This document shows, in pieces, positions 14,432-28,885 of a stretch of 64,000 nt of DNA. The notes beneath the pieces were generated by a model. It was not told where the DNA came from. It made no database searches and worked only from the letters and a program-made list of their open reading frames with translations. The translations under genes were made by a program, and so were the position numbers. Origin of the DNA: Paraspadella gotoi. Its lineage: Eukaryota; Animalia; Chaetognatha. The DNA lies in the NCBI GenBank assembly GCA_051294375.1, contig CM119265.1, positions 27,780,098 through 27,844,097 of the forward strand, in the 5' to 3' direction. Within the stretch, counting starts at the first letter, position 1; every line of letters begins with the position of its first letter.

Positions 14432-14665
14432 TGAAGAGACAGCAATTATTGTTATGTGTTAGTGATAGAACCGTTCAATATAAGCAGTCCCTGAGCTTCG
14501 GATCAGGCTGTAACACCGTGTTACAGGCGGGTTAAGCGCCCCGTCCCTCTTAACTGCTAGGCGGCCACCGGGCTAGAACCCCGGACCTTTAGGTTGGGAG
14601 GCGAATGACTTGCCTCCGGCACCAATGACCGCTGATGAACGGTTGGTGGATTTTAGTCCACCATA
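14432..14665 (-). mobile_element. Solo LTR, twister-TRIM family 1
   Basis: 234 bp, TATGGTGG...CTCTTCA on -; 4-bp TSD CTTT (14428-14431 / 14666-14669); tRNA-like head and twister fold. Confidence 0.9.
14484..14557 (-). ncRNA. Type-P5 twister ribozyme (predicted)
   Basis: GCAGT TAA GAGG GA CGG GGCGCT TAA CCC GC CTGTAAC..GTTACAG CCTGA T CCG AA GC TCAGG G ACTGC: P5, P2, T1 (CGG/CCG), L1 UAA, T2 (GC/GC), P3 and P4 all present. Confidence 0.8.
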
Positions 14666-15272
14666 CTTTCTTTATTTAAAAAAACGGTAGGCTATAGTTA
14701 TCTTCATGACATAGTACTTTCCAGGTAAATTTCTAAGAGTTAAAAATACGGTAAGACATGATTTCTTCAATGATTGTCAATCAAATCTTAATTTTAGAAA
14801 TAAGTATGATTGAATTTTTATGGTAAAGATAACTTTTAAAGATCGAATTCCTCATAATAATCTTCACGTCTTTTACTTCCACAAAACTAATAAGGCAGGA
14901 CGCCACATTATCTCATACAATTTTTTTCCCTCATACCCTTTCCCTGATTCTTTTTCTTCATCTGTTTTCTTCTCTTTATTTGTATTTTTCTTTCCCTCTT
15001 TCCTCCCCTACTTCTCATGCCATCAATTACCATTTTTTTGGCCCTACCCTTTTTTGCCACTCTTCCACTTTCCTCACCTTTTTTTCTCTTCTTTATTCTT
15101 TCCCTTTCTTTTCCCCTCTTATTTTTTCCAGTTTTCCTTCTTTTCCTTCCTACCTTTTATTTGTCTCACTATTTTTTTCGCCATTTGCCTTCTTTTTTTG
15201 CCATTTGTCCCCCTCTTTCGTTCTCTCCCAACCTCCTTTTCTTGTTCTCCCTTTCCTCTTCCCTCTCATTAC

Positions 15273-15897
15273 TAAGGCGTAGTAAAATTTCTAAATTTAA
15301 CTTTAATTAAAAGTGAGGAACGAACAAGATCATACTAATGAACATTTATGTAATAAAAAAAATTTTAATAAATTTTACAATTTACGCAGTTGACCATATT
15401 TATACTAGTACTAAACCAATAAATGTTAAAATTTCAAAACATTTTTTTCTAAGATTTTTTTGCAGATTTGGCTTCGTCATAAAAAGTTGATGAAAAGAAA
15501 TATAACTTTTTGAAAAATTTCTTCATTAAGTGGGTCAAAAATTAGAAAAAGCTATATTTTAAGCTAAAAATTATTTTTTTATATATTAAATATAGTTTTT
15601 TAAATTTTTAACCCACTTAATGAAAGAATTTTTAAAAGTGATTTATATTTTCTATTAACAACTTTTGACGAGGAATTAAAATCTGTAATCAAAATTAAGA
15701 AAAGCCTATTTTTAAATTTTTTGATTTTATAAGGATAGTACTATATATAAATATGTGGCCACCTGTGCCACAAATATAGCCTACTGCGAAAATTAAAAAA
15801 CATAAAATTAATTTTTTTTACAAATTAATGTTCACTGATGGTATGTTGTTCATAATTGACTTTTAGAATTTTCGTAGGTAACTTTCACTACGCCTTA
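15273..15897. mobile_element. hAT-type MITE
   Basis: TIR TAAGGCGTAGT / ACTACGCCTTA; 8-bp TSD CTCATTAC / CTCACTAC. Confidence 0.8.
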
Positions 15898-18066
15898 CTC
15901 ACTACATTTACATTGAGCCAAATAAAAAAATATTTTCGCATGCATTATAAGAAAAAAAATTAACGGTAATGGAGGATTTTATTTCAATTTTGGTTGCCTC
16001 GCAGATTCAATAAATCGACAAATTTTGCGGAAAGTTTTTCCACAAAATCTGTCGATTTTGAGAAAAAACAAGTACTGACCCTTTCCATTGTATTAAAATT
16101 ATGCAGTTTTTTTGTTTTAATAACGTCAGTATGTGCCTAATCTTTTAAAACTAATAAATGAGTTAAAAAATATTCTCTTTATTAAAAATAAATGCAAGTC
16201 ACAAAAAGTCACAAATTAAAAGTTGTCTTTAAAAATTATTTGTGGCTAAACAAAAAAAGTTTTTTGAATAATTTTGTAGGTGTTAAAAGCTTATTCAATA
16301 GGCTATATTTTCTGTTAATTTCAACCAATTTGATTTATTTTTGTTTAACAAATTATGATAAAGACTGAAACTGCAACTTTTTGACTTGTTAACTTTAAAA
16401 TTAATTCATAGGCAAACTATAATTGATTTAAGCAAATAAATTTACCCAGGGGTAAAGAAGATAAGGAAGAACGGATTTCCAAAGTAAAAAATTATTCTCA
16501 ACTTTCCTTGGCATTCAAATCAGAAGTCGTAAGTAAAAATGAACAAAAATGGACATAATTTTTTTTCCTAAAAGTTGCCAAAATGGTACTGTTTTATCAT
16601 TAGAAACGGCTGGAGATGTTTCTAACCAATCCTTCGTTCGGCCTAATTTGTGTTGTGGTACAAAGTTAATCAATATTGTAAGTAACAACTGAACAATAGT
16701 GGAAAGAGTCGTTTTTTTCCTAAATGCGACGTTTGTATTCGGAACCATATACAGTTACGCGGGCCAAAATTGAACACTTTTTATAACTTCTAGTTCTCTC
16801 AAAAAAATTCTTTTTTCCTTCTATTACTAAATATATTTTCAATGCAACTTTTTGAATTAGTTCATTGGGTTGTTGCACTGAAGCTTTTAAATATTTATTA
16901 ATATATAACAAATGACAATTTTTTTTTAAAAAAAATTGATTTTTTAAGAACGGATTCCTATAAAGCTTGAAAAGTTAAATGAAAGTTGGTACTACAATTT
17001 TTTAAAATTTGGACAATAAATTGGTTAAAAAAAAAAACCCTTAAAAAATTATCATCATCATCATCATCATTGGCTGAATTTTATATTTTTTTACAAATTT
17101 TTATCAATAAAACAAAACAAGTTTAAAAAGTTGTATTAATAACCTTATTCTTTTAAAGCTTTTAAAAAAATAAATTTTTTTAAAAAAAAATTTAAACTTT
17201 ATATAGTAATAAAATAATCTTTAAATGCTTCCGTGCGCTTATTAATAAGATAAATTTAAAAAAAATATTTTTATTTTCATATTCTCTAACAGTCACTTAA
17301 CCATTATTTATTTGAGAGAACTTCTAGTTTTCAACCTTCAATCTGGATCGATACAAAAAAACTTTTAATATTGTTGTAACGTGACCTGTTGCCCTCAATA
17401 GATGTCAAGTAGAGAGCTTGATTATGCAAAATCTGTCTATTCTGTTTTCAAAGTTACCTGAAATAATTGTAGATTGAGAGAAAAGTTTAATAAATGATTA
17501 CAATGAAGTTAAAATTGCGTCTTAGTCCCTTGAGATCTAAAAAATGGAATGCACTAAAATCTGAGCCTCCTTCCCGTCTCTCTTCCTTTGTTTATTCTAC
17601 TTAAATGTTTACAAAAAAAAATCTTAAAAGTATAGTGATCTCGCCAGTTTTTACTATCAAAGAAAATTACCATAATCTAATTTGCATATTGCAGTAAATC
17701 ATAATTAAATGGAAATTCAAACAAAAAAAATTTGAATCGATATGAAACAAAGAAAATGGACACACATTTCAACTTCCTCACTGCCTCACTAATGAAACTC
17801 GATAACTAGATAGTTAAAAGTCGAAAAAATGGTGCAAGTTAAAAAAATTATGTAAGTTAAAAAAATTATGCAAGTATAAAAAATTATGCAAGCTGACGAT
17901 TTTTTTTAGTGGTGGGCTGTAGTGTGCCACCTTGTAGTTAATAAAAAAATAATTACTATAGTAAATAAGTTAGGTTTTATATGAAATTTTTTTTCTAATA
18001 AAAAATCACCAAACTGACGTTTTATCACAACAAATTTTTAGTCGGATCTGCTTATCAGCAGATCCC

Positions 18067-21000
18067 GAAATTAGCTGAAGTCTTCAATCTGGAGTGATTA
18101 TCAAAAAGAACTTGACATAAACATTGTAATCGTTTTCCAAGTGTCTATTATACTTATAATATTTGTAAAGTTAGGAAAAACTATTTAATGTTTATGCTTG
18201 GAACCTAAAAAAATGTCAAATTCCGAAATAGTATTAATTATGTGGCTCTCAACCGAAGGCGGAATCACTCAGTATTATTTTCTTCAAAGTTTAACAGTCA
18301 TTTTTAATCACTGTGGATTGTGAAGGTCATCGAATATAAAAATAACAGCTTGAGCAATCAATGTCGGATCTGCCTACGATATACTCTAATTAATTAATTG
18401 ATTTAAGATTAATAATTAAAGATAATTAATTAATAATAGATAATTAGATTAAATTAATAGATTTCAATTATAATTACAACATTTAATAGATTAAGTCGTA
18501 TACTTTATATACAGTACTTGTACATCTACTTGTGATGTCCTTAAAATTGAGTCAGGACAGTTAATTAAAATGTTGTTTACATTGTATCAGAAATGCAAAA
18601 CAATATCGCTCTATTATCGAGCCAGCTGGCCGGTGAGCCAAAGCCCGTCCGGTCCAGATTTTTTTTCGGTTTATGCTTTCGTCTCGGCTTTTTTTGCAAA
18701 TCATCACGAGGCTTCTGAAAGTGATGATATCAATAGGAAGGAGTTGATGATTGTTTCCATATATCGGCATTCTAATCATCGCTGCCAAGCATCTGTTTAA
18801 AGATCCTCCAGCAGCAATGGTTTCATATATCAATGATTGGTCTCATTTCTGTTTTATGCAGCTTTATGTTTAACCACAACAAAAATGTTTATATTAAATC
18901 AGCTTGTGCGAAGTATACGCCGTCTTCAGAAAGGAGTACACCTGTGGTCAGTGTCCTGGTGCCTGGGGGGAGCCCTGACTTCCTCTCTCTCTTTTTCGTT
19001 CCGACATCTCATCAGGTCATCTGTTCTTTCTAATGAGACATATGTGTGAGATACGGCTCTAGTCAGCGTTACGCATCTCTGTACACCAGCAGTCTTTCTT
19101 GTTTCTTCCTCTTCTACGCTCCTCTCTCTCTCTCTCTCTCTCTCCAGTCCTTTTTCTTATAACAAAAAATTTTTTAGAATAATAATGTTTGAGATCACTT
19201 AAAATGTAATATCAATGAACATGATGCCTCATGTAGCAAGAGAGCGCGAACCCAGGGCGCGAACCCCCGGGTCCTTTGGTAGAGAATTAGCTCACGCACG
19301 TGCGGGCCGCCAAAAGTACTGCTGACTCTTTAACGAGTAAGGGCTGTAGAGCTTCTCTCTCATCTCATCTCTTTTGTTTATTATAATATGCGCATCTTTC
19401 TCTTGTCTTCTTTTTCTGAGTCTCTGCAGAGCGGCGCTGTTCTCCCTCTCTCTTCCTCTCTCGTTTTCTCTCTCTCTCTCTGTCTCTCTTGTGTTCTGTC
19501 CCTAATCGTGTCCGATCTCGTTGCGTGATCCGTTGTTTCTGTTGAAAAAATTCTGATTATTCTTTTTTCTTCTGTACTAAAACCTTTTGTATTCACTTGC
19601 CATTATTCCGCGCTTGCGTTATTTTTTTCAATACAAAATGCCATATTTTCAATCCCGAGAATCTTTCTCGTGGAATTTACTCTTCTTCTTTCCTCCTCCT
19701 CTCGCGTCGTCGTCACCTCGGGTCCTCTCTCAGTTCTCACACATCGTTCGTCTCTCTCTTCGTCTATCACATCTCCTTTCTCAGGCACCCCGTCTCGTTC
19801 CATTTGGACTCCTGTTCTTCCTCTCTCACGGAACGTCTCATTCCGAGTAGAGTCCTCTCTCTCATCCTCTGTTCTTTCTCTCCTCTCGTCTTTTTCTCTC
19901 TCTCGTCTTTTTTCTCTCTCTCTCTCTCTATCTCTCTCTCCTCAGCTCTCTCCGTCTCTCTCTTTCAACACTCATACACGCCATTTGTTTGTTTTTATTG
20001 CATATCATGCACATCAACTGAAGTGACATATCAATCAAACAGCAGTGAAAGCTGACTATCAATCAACGCATCACATAATTGAATTATCATCGGATCAATA
20101 ATCAATTCCCTATTACAGGAAGATCAATAATTCTATTAACATCAACATTAGTATTTTACCGTCAATCAATTACTATTCAGGCATCAATGAATTCGTACGT
20201 TTTCGCATGATTCATGTAAGTCGTTTTTTGCTTCTCGCCGACGGGTCTTTTTTTCATTAATTTTCTATGGAGTAGTGGGGCTCGTGGCTCGATCCTTGAG
20301 ATCTGTGTTTTAAGAATTTTTTATTTTTATCGTTCTTCCCTTCCGTCGTTCCCGCTATCTTCTCTCGTACTACATCTCTCCTCTCTCTTTTCACTGTCTT
20401 TCGACTCGGATCTCGGAGCCATCTTTTTTCATCGCCTCACTGCGACTCTCTACCGTCCCATCTCGTCACTCCTCGCTAGCTCGGGGTCATCTGCGGTCTT
20501 TCTTTTCGCCTTCCTCCTCTCGCCTTTCTCTCTACTTTCTCTCTCTCTCCTCTCTCTTTTTATATGCAATAGCGATTTTGTTTTAACTTGCATCAACTCA
20601 TTTTTTTTGTTCTTTTTTCTTATTCAAGGCACTAGTCACTTGCATACCCATTTTTTTCAAAAACTTGCACAATTCCGGTCAAAACTTTTATATCTAGCTT
20701 CTTCACTCACCATGTCTGCCTATGGCTCAGCAGAAAGGTTTCATTCTGTTCAATCTGAAGATGGTCCGATGGGTTAGGAAAATAGAATGAAGAAGAGGAT
20801 CCAAGTAAAGTGCTGACTAACATATTTTTTCATTTAAAGACCTATTTCCACTGGTACCTTTCTCCGCAGGCACTTTCCTTCGAACTTTATATGCGGGAAT
20901 CAATTGCTTCGTCATCAATATTTCACGTGGTTATCTGCGATGAAACCATACACAGCATCACAGGAAATGTTCGATAATACGTCAAGTCTAGATCCTGCAT

Positions 21001-21809
21001 CCAATTATGAAGTTAATTTGGAGTATTTATTGGTTAAAATAAGTAAAAGATTTAGTAAATTCGACTTATGTTTTTTCCATTTAAAGCTAATTCCACTCAC
21101 ACGATTCCATCGAAATTTTATATCCAGCTCTTATCACACACTTTCACTACCCACCCACAAAAATTTAATTACCAATCCAACCAGCCAATCACGAGTTATT
21201 GGAGCTGTTTTGCTAAGATGGGAGCGGATGGACGGACTTGATTGACTAATTAAATTAAATTATTGATTAATTTATTTACTAATTGATTAATTAACTGATT
21301 AATTATTTTATTTATTAATACATCCTGCAGATACATTAATATAAAAGGAAAAAGGAAGCATAATCAATTAGTAAAAACAGGTTTTTTGTTTTTTTGTCCA
21401 TTTAAACTCATTTCCATCAAACTATTCAGTCGAAACTTGATTTCCTGTTCAATTCATCACACTTTCCTACCCACATACAAAATTCCAGGTCAATCAGCCC
21501 ATCCACTCATGAGCAATTGGTGTTCAAATAGTGGAAATATTTTTTTTGTTTTTTTTCCATTTAAACTCATTTCCACTCGGGACGATTCCATCGAAACTAT
21601 AATATCGGCAGCTCAATCACACACACTTACCTCTATCCACACACAAAATTTCATTTAAATCATCACCATCCAATCAGCGAGTAATGTGGTGTTGTTTTTG
21701 TGCTAAAGGTGGGGACGGACGGACGGACGGCGGACGGACGGAGCGGACGGACGGACGGACGGACGGACGGAACGGACGGGCAGAACGCCAGGGACGGGAC
21801 AGGGACCTA
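18067..21809. other. Error-rich duplicate of 27450-30500 (probable raw long-read gap fill)
   Basis: Collinear with 27450-30500 but with many single-base insertions; ends at a 25-N spacer (21810-21834). Confidence 0.75.
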
Positions 21810-23161
21810 NNNNNNNNNNNNNNNNNNNNNNNNNGTATTTAGGTGGGTTTTAAAATAAGTAAAAAGGATTTTAGTAAATTCGACTTATGTTTTTTCATTT
21901 TAAACGTAATTCCACTCACACGATTCCATCGAAATTTTATATCCAGTTCTTATCACACACTTTCCTACCACCCACCAAAATTTAATTCCAATCCAACCAG
22001 CCAATCACGAGTCAGAGTTATGGAGCTTTTTGCTAAGATGGGACGGATGGACGGATTGATTGACTAAATTAAATTAAATTATTGATTAATTTATTTACTA
22101 ATTGATTAAATTAACTGATTAATTATTTTATTTATTAATACATCTGCACGGATACATTAATATAAAAGGAAAAAGGACATAATCAATTATTTAAAACAGG
22201 TTTTTTGTTTTTTTGTCCATTTAAACTCATTTCCACTCAAACTATTCCATCGAAACTTGATTTCCTGTTCAATCACACACTTTCCTACCCACATACAAAA
22301 TTCCAGGTCAATCAGCCCATCCACTCATGAGCAATTGGTGTTCAAATAGTGGATATATATTTTTTTTGTTTTTTTTCCATTTAAACTCATTTCCACTCGG
22401 GACGATTCCATCGAAACTTAATATCCAGCTCAATCACACACTTACCCTATCCACACACAAAATTTCATTTAAATCCATGCCATCCAATCACGAGTAATTG
22501 TGTTTTTTGTTAAAGGTGGACGACGGACGGACGGCGAGACGGACGGACGGACGGACGGACGGACGGACGGAACGGACGGTACGGACAGACGGAGGACGGA
22601 CATCATTTTTTTTGCATAATTTATCATTAATTCGATGTTCTGACATGATATAAGTGTGCTTTGTGCCCGACAATATTGAGGGGGCGGACCGACGGACCGA
22701 AAAATGTGAGTTATAAAAGTGAGTTAAGAGGCTGAAAGATTGTAAATGTTCATTTGTTTGGAAATGATAATAGAGCAATTAGATTATAAATACAAGGTTT
22801 AATATAAATGCTGAAACAATTCATATTGGCCTCGGATTGGCGTGGATAAATTATGGAGAATAAGTTCTGAGTTCGATTCTACAGTTTAATCTTAAAAACT
22901 AATAAAAAAATGCTAAGACATGAAAAAAAAGACTAAATTTGAGTTTATCTTTTAACTTATAAAGCCCATCTCTTTGAGTGATTATGATGAATATTTTATA
23001 AAAATTTCTGCTTGCCTATATAATAATCCACTACTTTTATTGCTGTAATAACTGATTTGGTGGTAAGAGTTTTAATAGTATTTTTTAAAAAAATGCTGGT
23101 AGTGTAATTGTGTATTGTGAATATGATCAAGTTGAGGCTTATCATCTTTTATTTATAATAG

Positions 23162-25053
23162 GCGTTACAAACTTCCGCAACTTTTTTTACTTGGACATAT
23201 GAATCTAAAGAACTCTGCTTCTCAAGAGAGTTTATATTAGGGACAAAGTCAATAATAAGAGCCCACCTTTGGAAAAAAGTCGGTGATGAATTCAAATCTA
23301 AACTTTTCAATTGTTATTGCTGGCATATGGATGGTAAATTGGGTAGAGGTTATTTTTGTAAATGGAAAATTGATAGAAAGAATGAATTGGTATCAATGGC
23401 AATATCTACAATCAGCCTGGCAAAAGCGGCCTTAGATTTTAGATATTTAATTATTGATTTTAAATGTGCTGCATCTTTGAGAATGTTTCTGTACTTTTTT
23501 GGAATATTTCAGGGTTCTACGGTTCATCAGTTTTTTGTGCAATCATCATGGCTAAAGTTAACACATTAAACCATTGGTTTTTTATTTTTTTGGTCCTATT
23601 GCCTCTTAGAGTTTTTACTCCATTAGAATTATCCAAAGTCCTCTCTTGGATAAAAATTAATGTTAATTTACAAAAAAGAATTTAAATTTGATTTCAAAGT
23701 TATTTTTTCAAATTGCTATAATGCCGTTTGTTAATCTATTTCTATTTTCATTCTTTTCTTACAATGAAAAATTTAAGTGGATGGCGCAAATATATTTACC
23801 AGAAAAATGGGGATTGGCTAAAATACATTCTTATAATGAGGCAGGAATAAAGTTATTTACTTATTATCCTTATGGAAAATACTTTTTAAGAATGGGCTCT
23901 TTCTACAATTCTTGGAATAACTATACTTTACCCTTAGGATTTGTACATTATTCAAAATTTAAAGGATCTTCTTTTTCAAGTTAATTACTATTTTAATGTA
24001 GCTATTGGTAATTATGAACTTCTTGCTTTAGACCCTATTTTGCTCGACATTATGATACTCATAGATTTTATTTTAGGTCTAAGTTACATTTCTCTTAATC
24101 TTTTTGCCCATAAAAGTCAAGGTAAATTATGGTTTTTATTGCTGCCGTTGTTCTTTTGGGCATCAATTCTGTATATTGACAGTTACTATAGTGTTTTTCA
24201 TGTTAACCTGATAGCCTTTTCTCTAGATGGAAAGTATGACAGAAAAGGATTTCTACGTAATCAAGAACAATGGTCCATAGATATAGAAAAAGTTTCACAG
24301 GCTGAAATTTCCCGATCATTAGTTGCATCTCAATTTAGAGTAAGTAAAATTGAAAACCTAATTTCAACGCAATGGTATATAATTTCATCCTTGGTGCTTA
24401 TCTATATCTCTAGAAATTTTTGCAAAACCATCAAAAAATTTAATAATCCAAAACATGAAATTGTTTTTTACTGGGTTATTCTATGGAGCTATAAGTTTAT
24501 CCATGTATTATCTGAGGATGTATCAGAATATCTGGATACCAAGCGGCTCAAGATTATTCCATTTTTTGCAAGTTACCAGAAGAAATGAGAAAACATAAAG
24601 AGCCTTTCCAAAAATTTTTTGACTTGACTTATACTATTAAAATGTATTACTTTTTATCCTGTTTATCAATTTTGCCATTTTATAAATTTACCCTCCAACG
24701 ATTGCTCGAACAATTTTCAAGAAGCATGTTGCTGAGAAGAATTGGAATATAGCTGGAATTTCAGTTATCTTATTTTTGTATGAATTTTCAGCTAAAAAGC
24801 CTCCATTTAGTGTAAACACTGAAACATCCCCAGATTTGAAAAAAATAGATAAATATTTTCTATTTCATTTTTTCAAGAAACTATCACAGCAATTGTCTAC
24901 ATACAAAGTTATCGACAAATCTGACACAATTGCAGTTTTCTATCATAATAGTTTTTGCTACATACAAAAATCTTACTTTGCATTTCCAAAAACCAACCAT
25001 TCTTTGGATGAATCAATTTTAAAAATCACAAAGTTGATTTCCTCTTATATTCA
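23162..25053 (+). CDS. XK-related protein, large terminal exon 4 (homopolymer frameshifts; 3' end resumes at 33315 to ~33420)
   Basis: AG acceptor at 23160-23161; ALQTSATFF... is in frame with ORF 23327; SMAISTISLA XK-like helix. The frameshifts checked fall in homopolymers whose lengths differ in the paralogous copy. Confidence 0.75.
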
Positions 25054-27450
25054 ATAAGTCATCACGGGAATAAAAATAATAATCATGAATAAAAGGTCAG
25101 TGTTGTTTTCATGATGCTCTTCATGAATATAAGAGGAAATCAACTTTGTGATTTTTAAAATTGATTCATCCAAAGAATGGTTGGTTTTTGGAAATGCAAA
25201 GTAAGATTTTGTATGTAGCAAAAACTATTATGATAGAAAACTGCACATTGTGTCAGATTTGTCGATAACTTTGTATGTAGACAATTGCTGTGATAGTTTC
25301 TTGAAAAAATGAAATAGAAAATATTTATCTATTTTTTTCAAATCTGGGGATGTTTCAGTGTTTACACTAAATGGAGGCTTTTTAGCTGAAAATTCATACA
25401 AAAATAAGATAACTGAAATTCCAGCTATATTCCAATTCTTCTCAGCAACATGCTTCTTGAAAATTGTTCGAGCAATCGTTGGAGGGTAAATTTATAAAAT
25501 GGCAAAATTGATAAACAGGATAAAAAGTAATACATTTTAATAGTATAAGTCAAGTCAAAAAATTTTGGAAAGGCTCTTTATGTTTTCTCATTTCTTCTGG
25601 TAACTTGCAAAAAATGGAATAATCTTGAGCCGCTTGGTATCCAGATATTTCTGATACATCCTCAGATAATACATGGATAAACTTATAGCTCCATAGAATA
25701 ACCAGTAAAAAACAATTTCATGTTTTGGATTATTAAATTTTTTGATGGTTTTGCAAAAATTTCTAGAGATATAGATAAGCACCAAGGATGAAATTATATA
25801 CCATTGCGTTGAAATTAGGTTTTCAATTTTACTTACTCTAAATTGAGATGCAACTAATGATCGGGAAATTTCAGCCTGTGAAACTTTTTCTATATCTATG
25901 GACCATTGTTCTTGATTACGTAGAAATCCTTTTCTGTCATACTTTCCATCTAGAGAAAAGGCTATCAGGTTAACATGAAAAACACTATAGTAACTGTCAA
26001 TATACAGAATTGATGCCCAAAAGAACAACGGCAGCAATAAAAACCATAATTTACCTTGACTTTTATGGGCAAAAAGATTAAGAGAAATGTAACTTAGACC
26101 TAAAATAAAATCTATGAGTATCATAATGTCGAGCAAAATAGGGTCTAAAGCAAGAAGTTCATAATTACCAATAGCTACATTAAAATAGTAATTAACTTGA
26201 AAAAGAAGATCCTTTAAATTTTGAATAATGTACAAATCCTAAGGGTAAAGTATAGTTATTCCAAGAATTGTAGAAAGAGCCCATTCTTAAAAAGTATTTT
26301 CCATAAGGATAATAAGTAAATAACTTTATTCCTGCCTCATTATAAGAATGTATTTTAGCCAATCCCCATTTTTCTGGTAAATATATTTGCGCCATCCACT
26401 TAAATTTTTCATTGTAAGAAAAGAATGAAAATAGAAATAGATTAACAAACGGCATTATAGCAATTTGAAAAAATAACTTTGAAATCAAATTTAAATTCTT
26501 TTTTGTAAATTAACATTAATTTTTATCCAAGAGAGGACTTTGGATAATTCTAATGGAGTAAAAACTCTAAGAGGCAATAGGACCAAAAAAATAAAAAACC
26601 AATGGTTTAATGTGTTAACTTTAGCCATGATGATTGCACAAAAAACTGATGAACCGTAGAACCCTGAAATATTCCAAAAAAGTACAGAAACATTCTCAAA
26701 GATGCAGCACATTTAAAATCAATAATTAAATATCTAAAATCTAAGGCCGCTTTTGCCAGGCTGATTGTAGATATTGCCATTGATACCAATTCATTCTTTC
26801 TATCAATTTTCCATTTACAAAAATAACCTCTACCCAATTTACCATCCATATGCCAGCAATAACAATTGAAAAGTTTAGATTTGAATTCATCACCGACTTT
26901 TTCCAAAGGTGGCTCTTATTATTGACTTTGTCCCTAATATAAACTCTCTTGAGAAGCAGAGTTCTTTAGATTCATATGTCCAAGTAAAAAAAGTTGCGGA
27001 AGTTTGTAACGCCTATTATAAATAAAAGATGATAAGCCTCAACTTGATCATATTCACAATACACAATTACACTACCAGCATTTTTTTAAAAAATACTATT
27101 AAAACTCTTACCACCAAATCAGTTATTACAGCAATAAAAGTAGTGGATTATTATATAGGCAAGCAGAAATTTTTATAAAATATTCATCATAATCACTCAA
27201 AGAGATGGGCTTTATAAGTTAAAAGATAAACTCAAATTTAGTCTTTTTTTTTCATGTCTAGCATTTTTTTATTAGTTTTTAGATTAAACTGTAGAATCGA
27301 ACTCAGAACTTTATTCTCCATAATTTATCCACGCCAATCTCGAGGCCAATATGAATTGTTTACAGCATTTATATTAAACCTTGTAATTTATAGATCTAAT
27401 TGCTCATATTATCATTTCCAAACAAATGAACATTTACAATCTTTCAGCAA
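25054..27450 (-). other. Near-identical inverted copy of XK exon 4 and upstream intron
   Basis: ORFs 25588-26906 mirror 23327-24588; probably an assembly duplication. Confidence 0.75.
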
Positions 27451-27702
27451 TTAGCTGAAGTCTTCAATCTGGAGTGATAAAAAAAGACTTGAATAAAATT
27501 GTAATTCTTTCAGTGTCTATTATACTTATAATATTTATAAAGTTAGAAAACTATTTAATGTTTATGTTGACCTAAAAAAGTTCAAATTCCGAATAGTATA
27601 ATTATAGTGGCTCTCAACTCAAGGCGGAATCACTTCATTATTTTTTTCAAAGTTTTAAACAGTTCATTTTTAATACTGATTGTGAAGTCATCGAATATAA
27701 AA

Positions 27703-28239
27703 ATAACAAGTTGAGCAAACAATGTCGGATCTGCCTACGATAATTAATTAATTAATTGATTAATTAATTAATTAATAGATAATTAATTAATTAATAGATT
27801 AATTAATTAATTAATTAATAGTTATTAATTATAATTTATATTCAGCTTGTCATCATCGATGTCCTTAAAATTGAGTCAGGACAGTTATTAAAATGTTTTG
27901 TTTACATTTTATCAAAACAAAAAATATCCTCTATTATCGAGCCAGGCGGGCAAAGCCCGTCCTGTCTAGATTTTTTTTCGGTTTAGCTTTCGGTCTCGCT
28001 TTTTGCAATCATGGCTTCTGAAAGTGTGATATCATAGGGGAGTTGAATTTTTCATATATGGCTTCTAATCATTCAAGATCTTTAAAATTCTCATGTTTCA
28101 TATCAATATTGGTATTTGTTTATGTTTTATTTACAAAACAAAAATGTTTTAATTAATATGTCCGCTCTCTCTCTCTCTCTTTTTCTCCGTTCACTGCTTC
28201 TTCTAAAAACGAGTTCGGCTCTGCAGCGTCTGTCCAGCT

Positions 28240-28289
<50 letters not shown>

Positions 28290-28733
28290 CAAAAAATTTT
28301 TAGATATAATGTGGGTTCACTAATGTAAAAAACGATGCCGCGAACAGGGCGCGAACCCGGGTCCTTTGGGTAGAGAATAGCTCACGCTACGTGCGGCGCC
28401 ATAAGTACTGCTGATTCTTTAACGAGTAAAGGGGCTGTAGAGCTTCTCTCTCTCTCTCTCTTTAATTATTATAATATCGCTTCTTTCTCTGTCTCTTTTT
28501 CTCTGCAGCGGCTGTCTCTCTCTCTCTCTCTTTTTCTCTCTCTCTCTCTGTCTCTCTTGTGTGTCTGTCCCTATCTGTCCGATCTCGTTGCGTGATCGTT
28601 TGTTTTTTGAAAAATTCTGATTATTTTTTTCATTCTAAAAACTTTTTATTATTGCCATTTATTCCGCGCTTTTTTTCAATACAAAATCCATATTTTCATC
28701 CGAGATTTTCGTGGATTTAGTACTCTTTCTTTC

Positions 28734-28776
<43 letters not shown>

Positions 28777-28836
28777 CTCTCTCTCTCTTTCTCTCTCTCT
28801 CTCTTTCTTTCTCTCTCTCTCTTTTTCTCTCTCTCT

Positions 28837-28885
<49 letters not shown>

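Noticed and set aside
14625-14645. CTGATGA in family 1 LTRs as a hammerhead core
   Set aside because: No correctly placed GAAA or stems, and it is on the strand opposite the PBS/PPT sense.
14432-14665. Family 1 as an ordinary tRNA SINE
   Set aside because: Fixed ends, 4-bp TSDs, no tail, and paired copies around a PBS and PPT show it is an LTR.
23500-24000. Programmed frameshifting in XK exon 4
   Set aside because: The indels lie in homopolymers and differ between paralogs (CAGGG vs CAGGGG; A6 vs A8), typical of long-read errors.
22730-27450. Biological palindromic gene pair (hairpin RNA source)
   Set aside because: The arms share the same homopolymer frameshifts, the region is bounded by 25-N spacers, and the gene's 3' end lies at 33315; an assembly artefact is more parsimonious.
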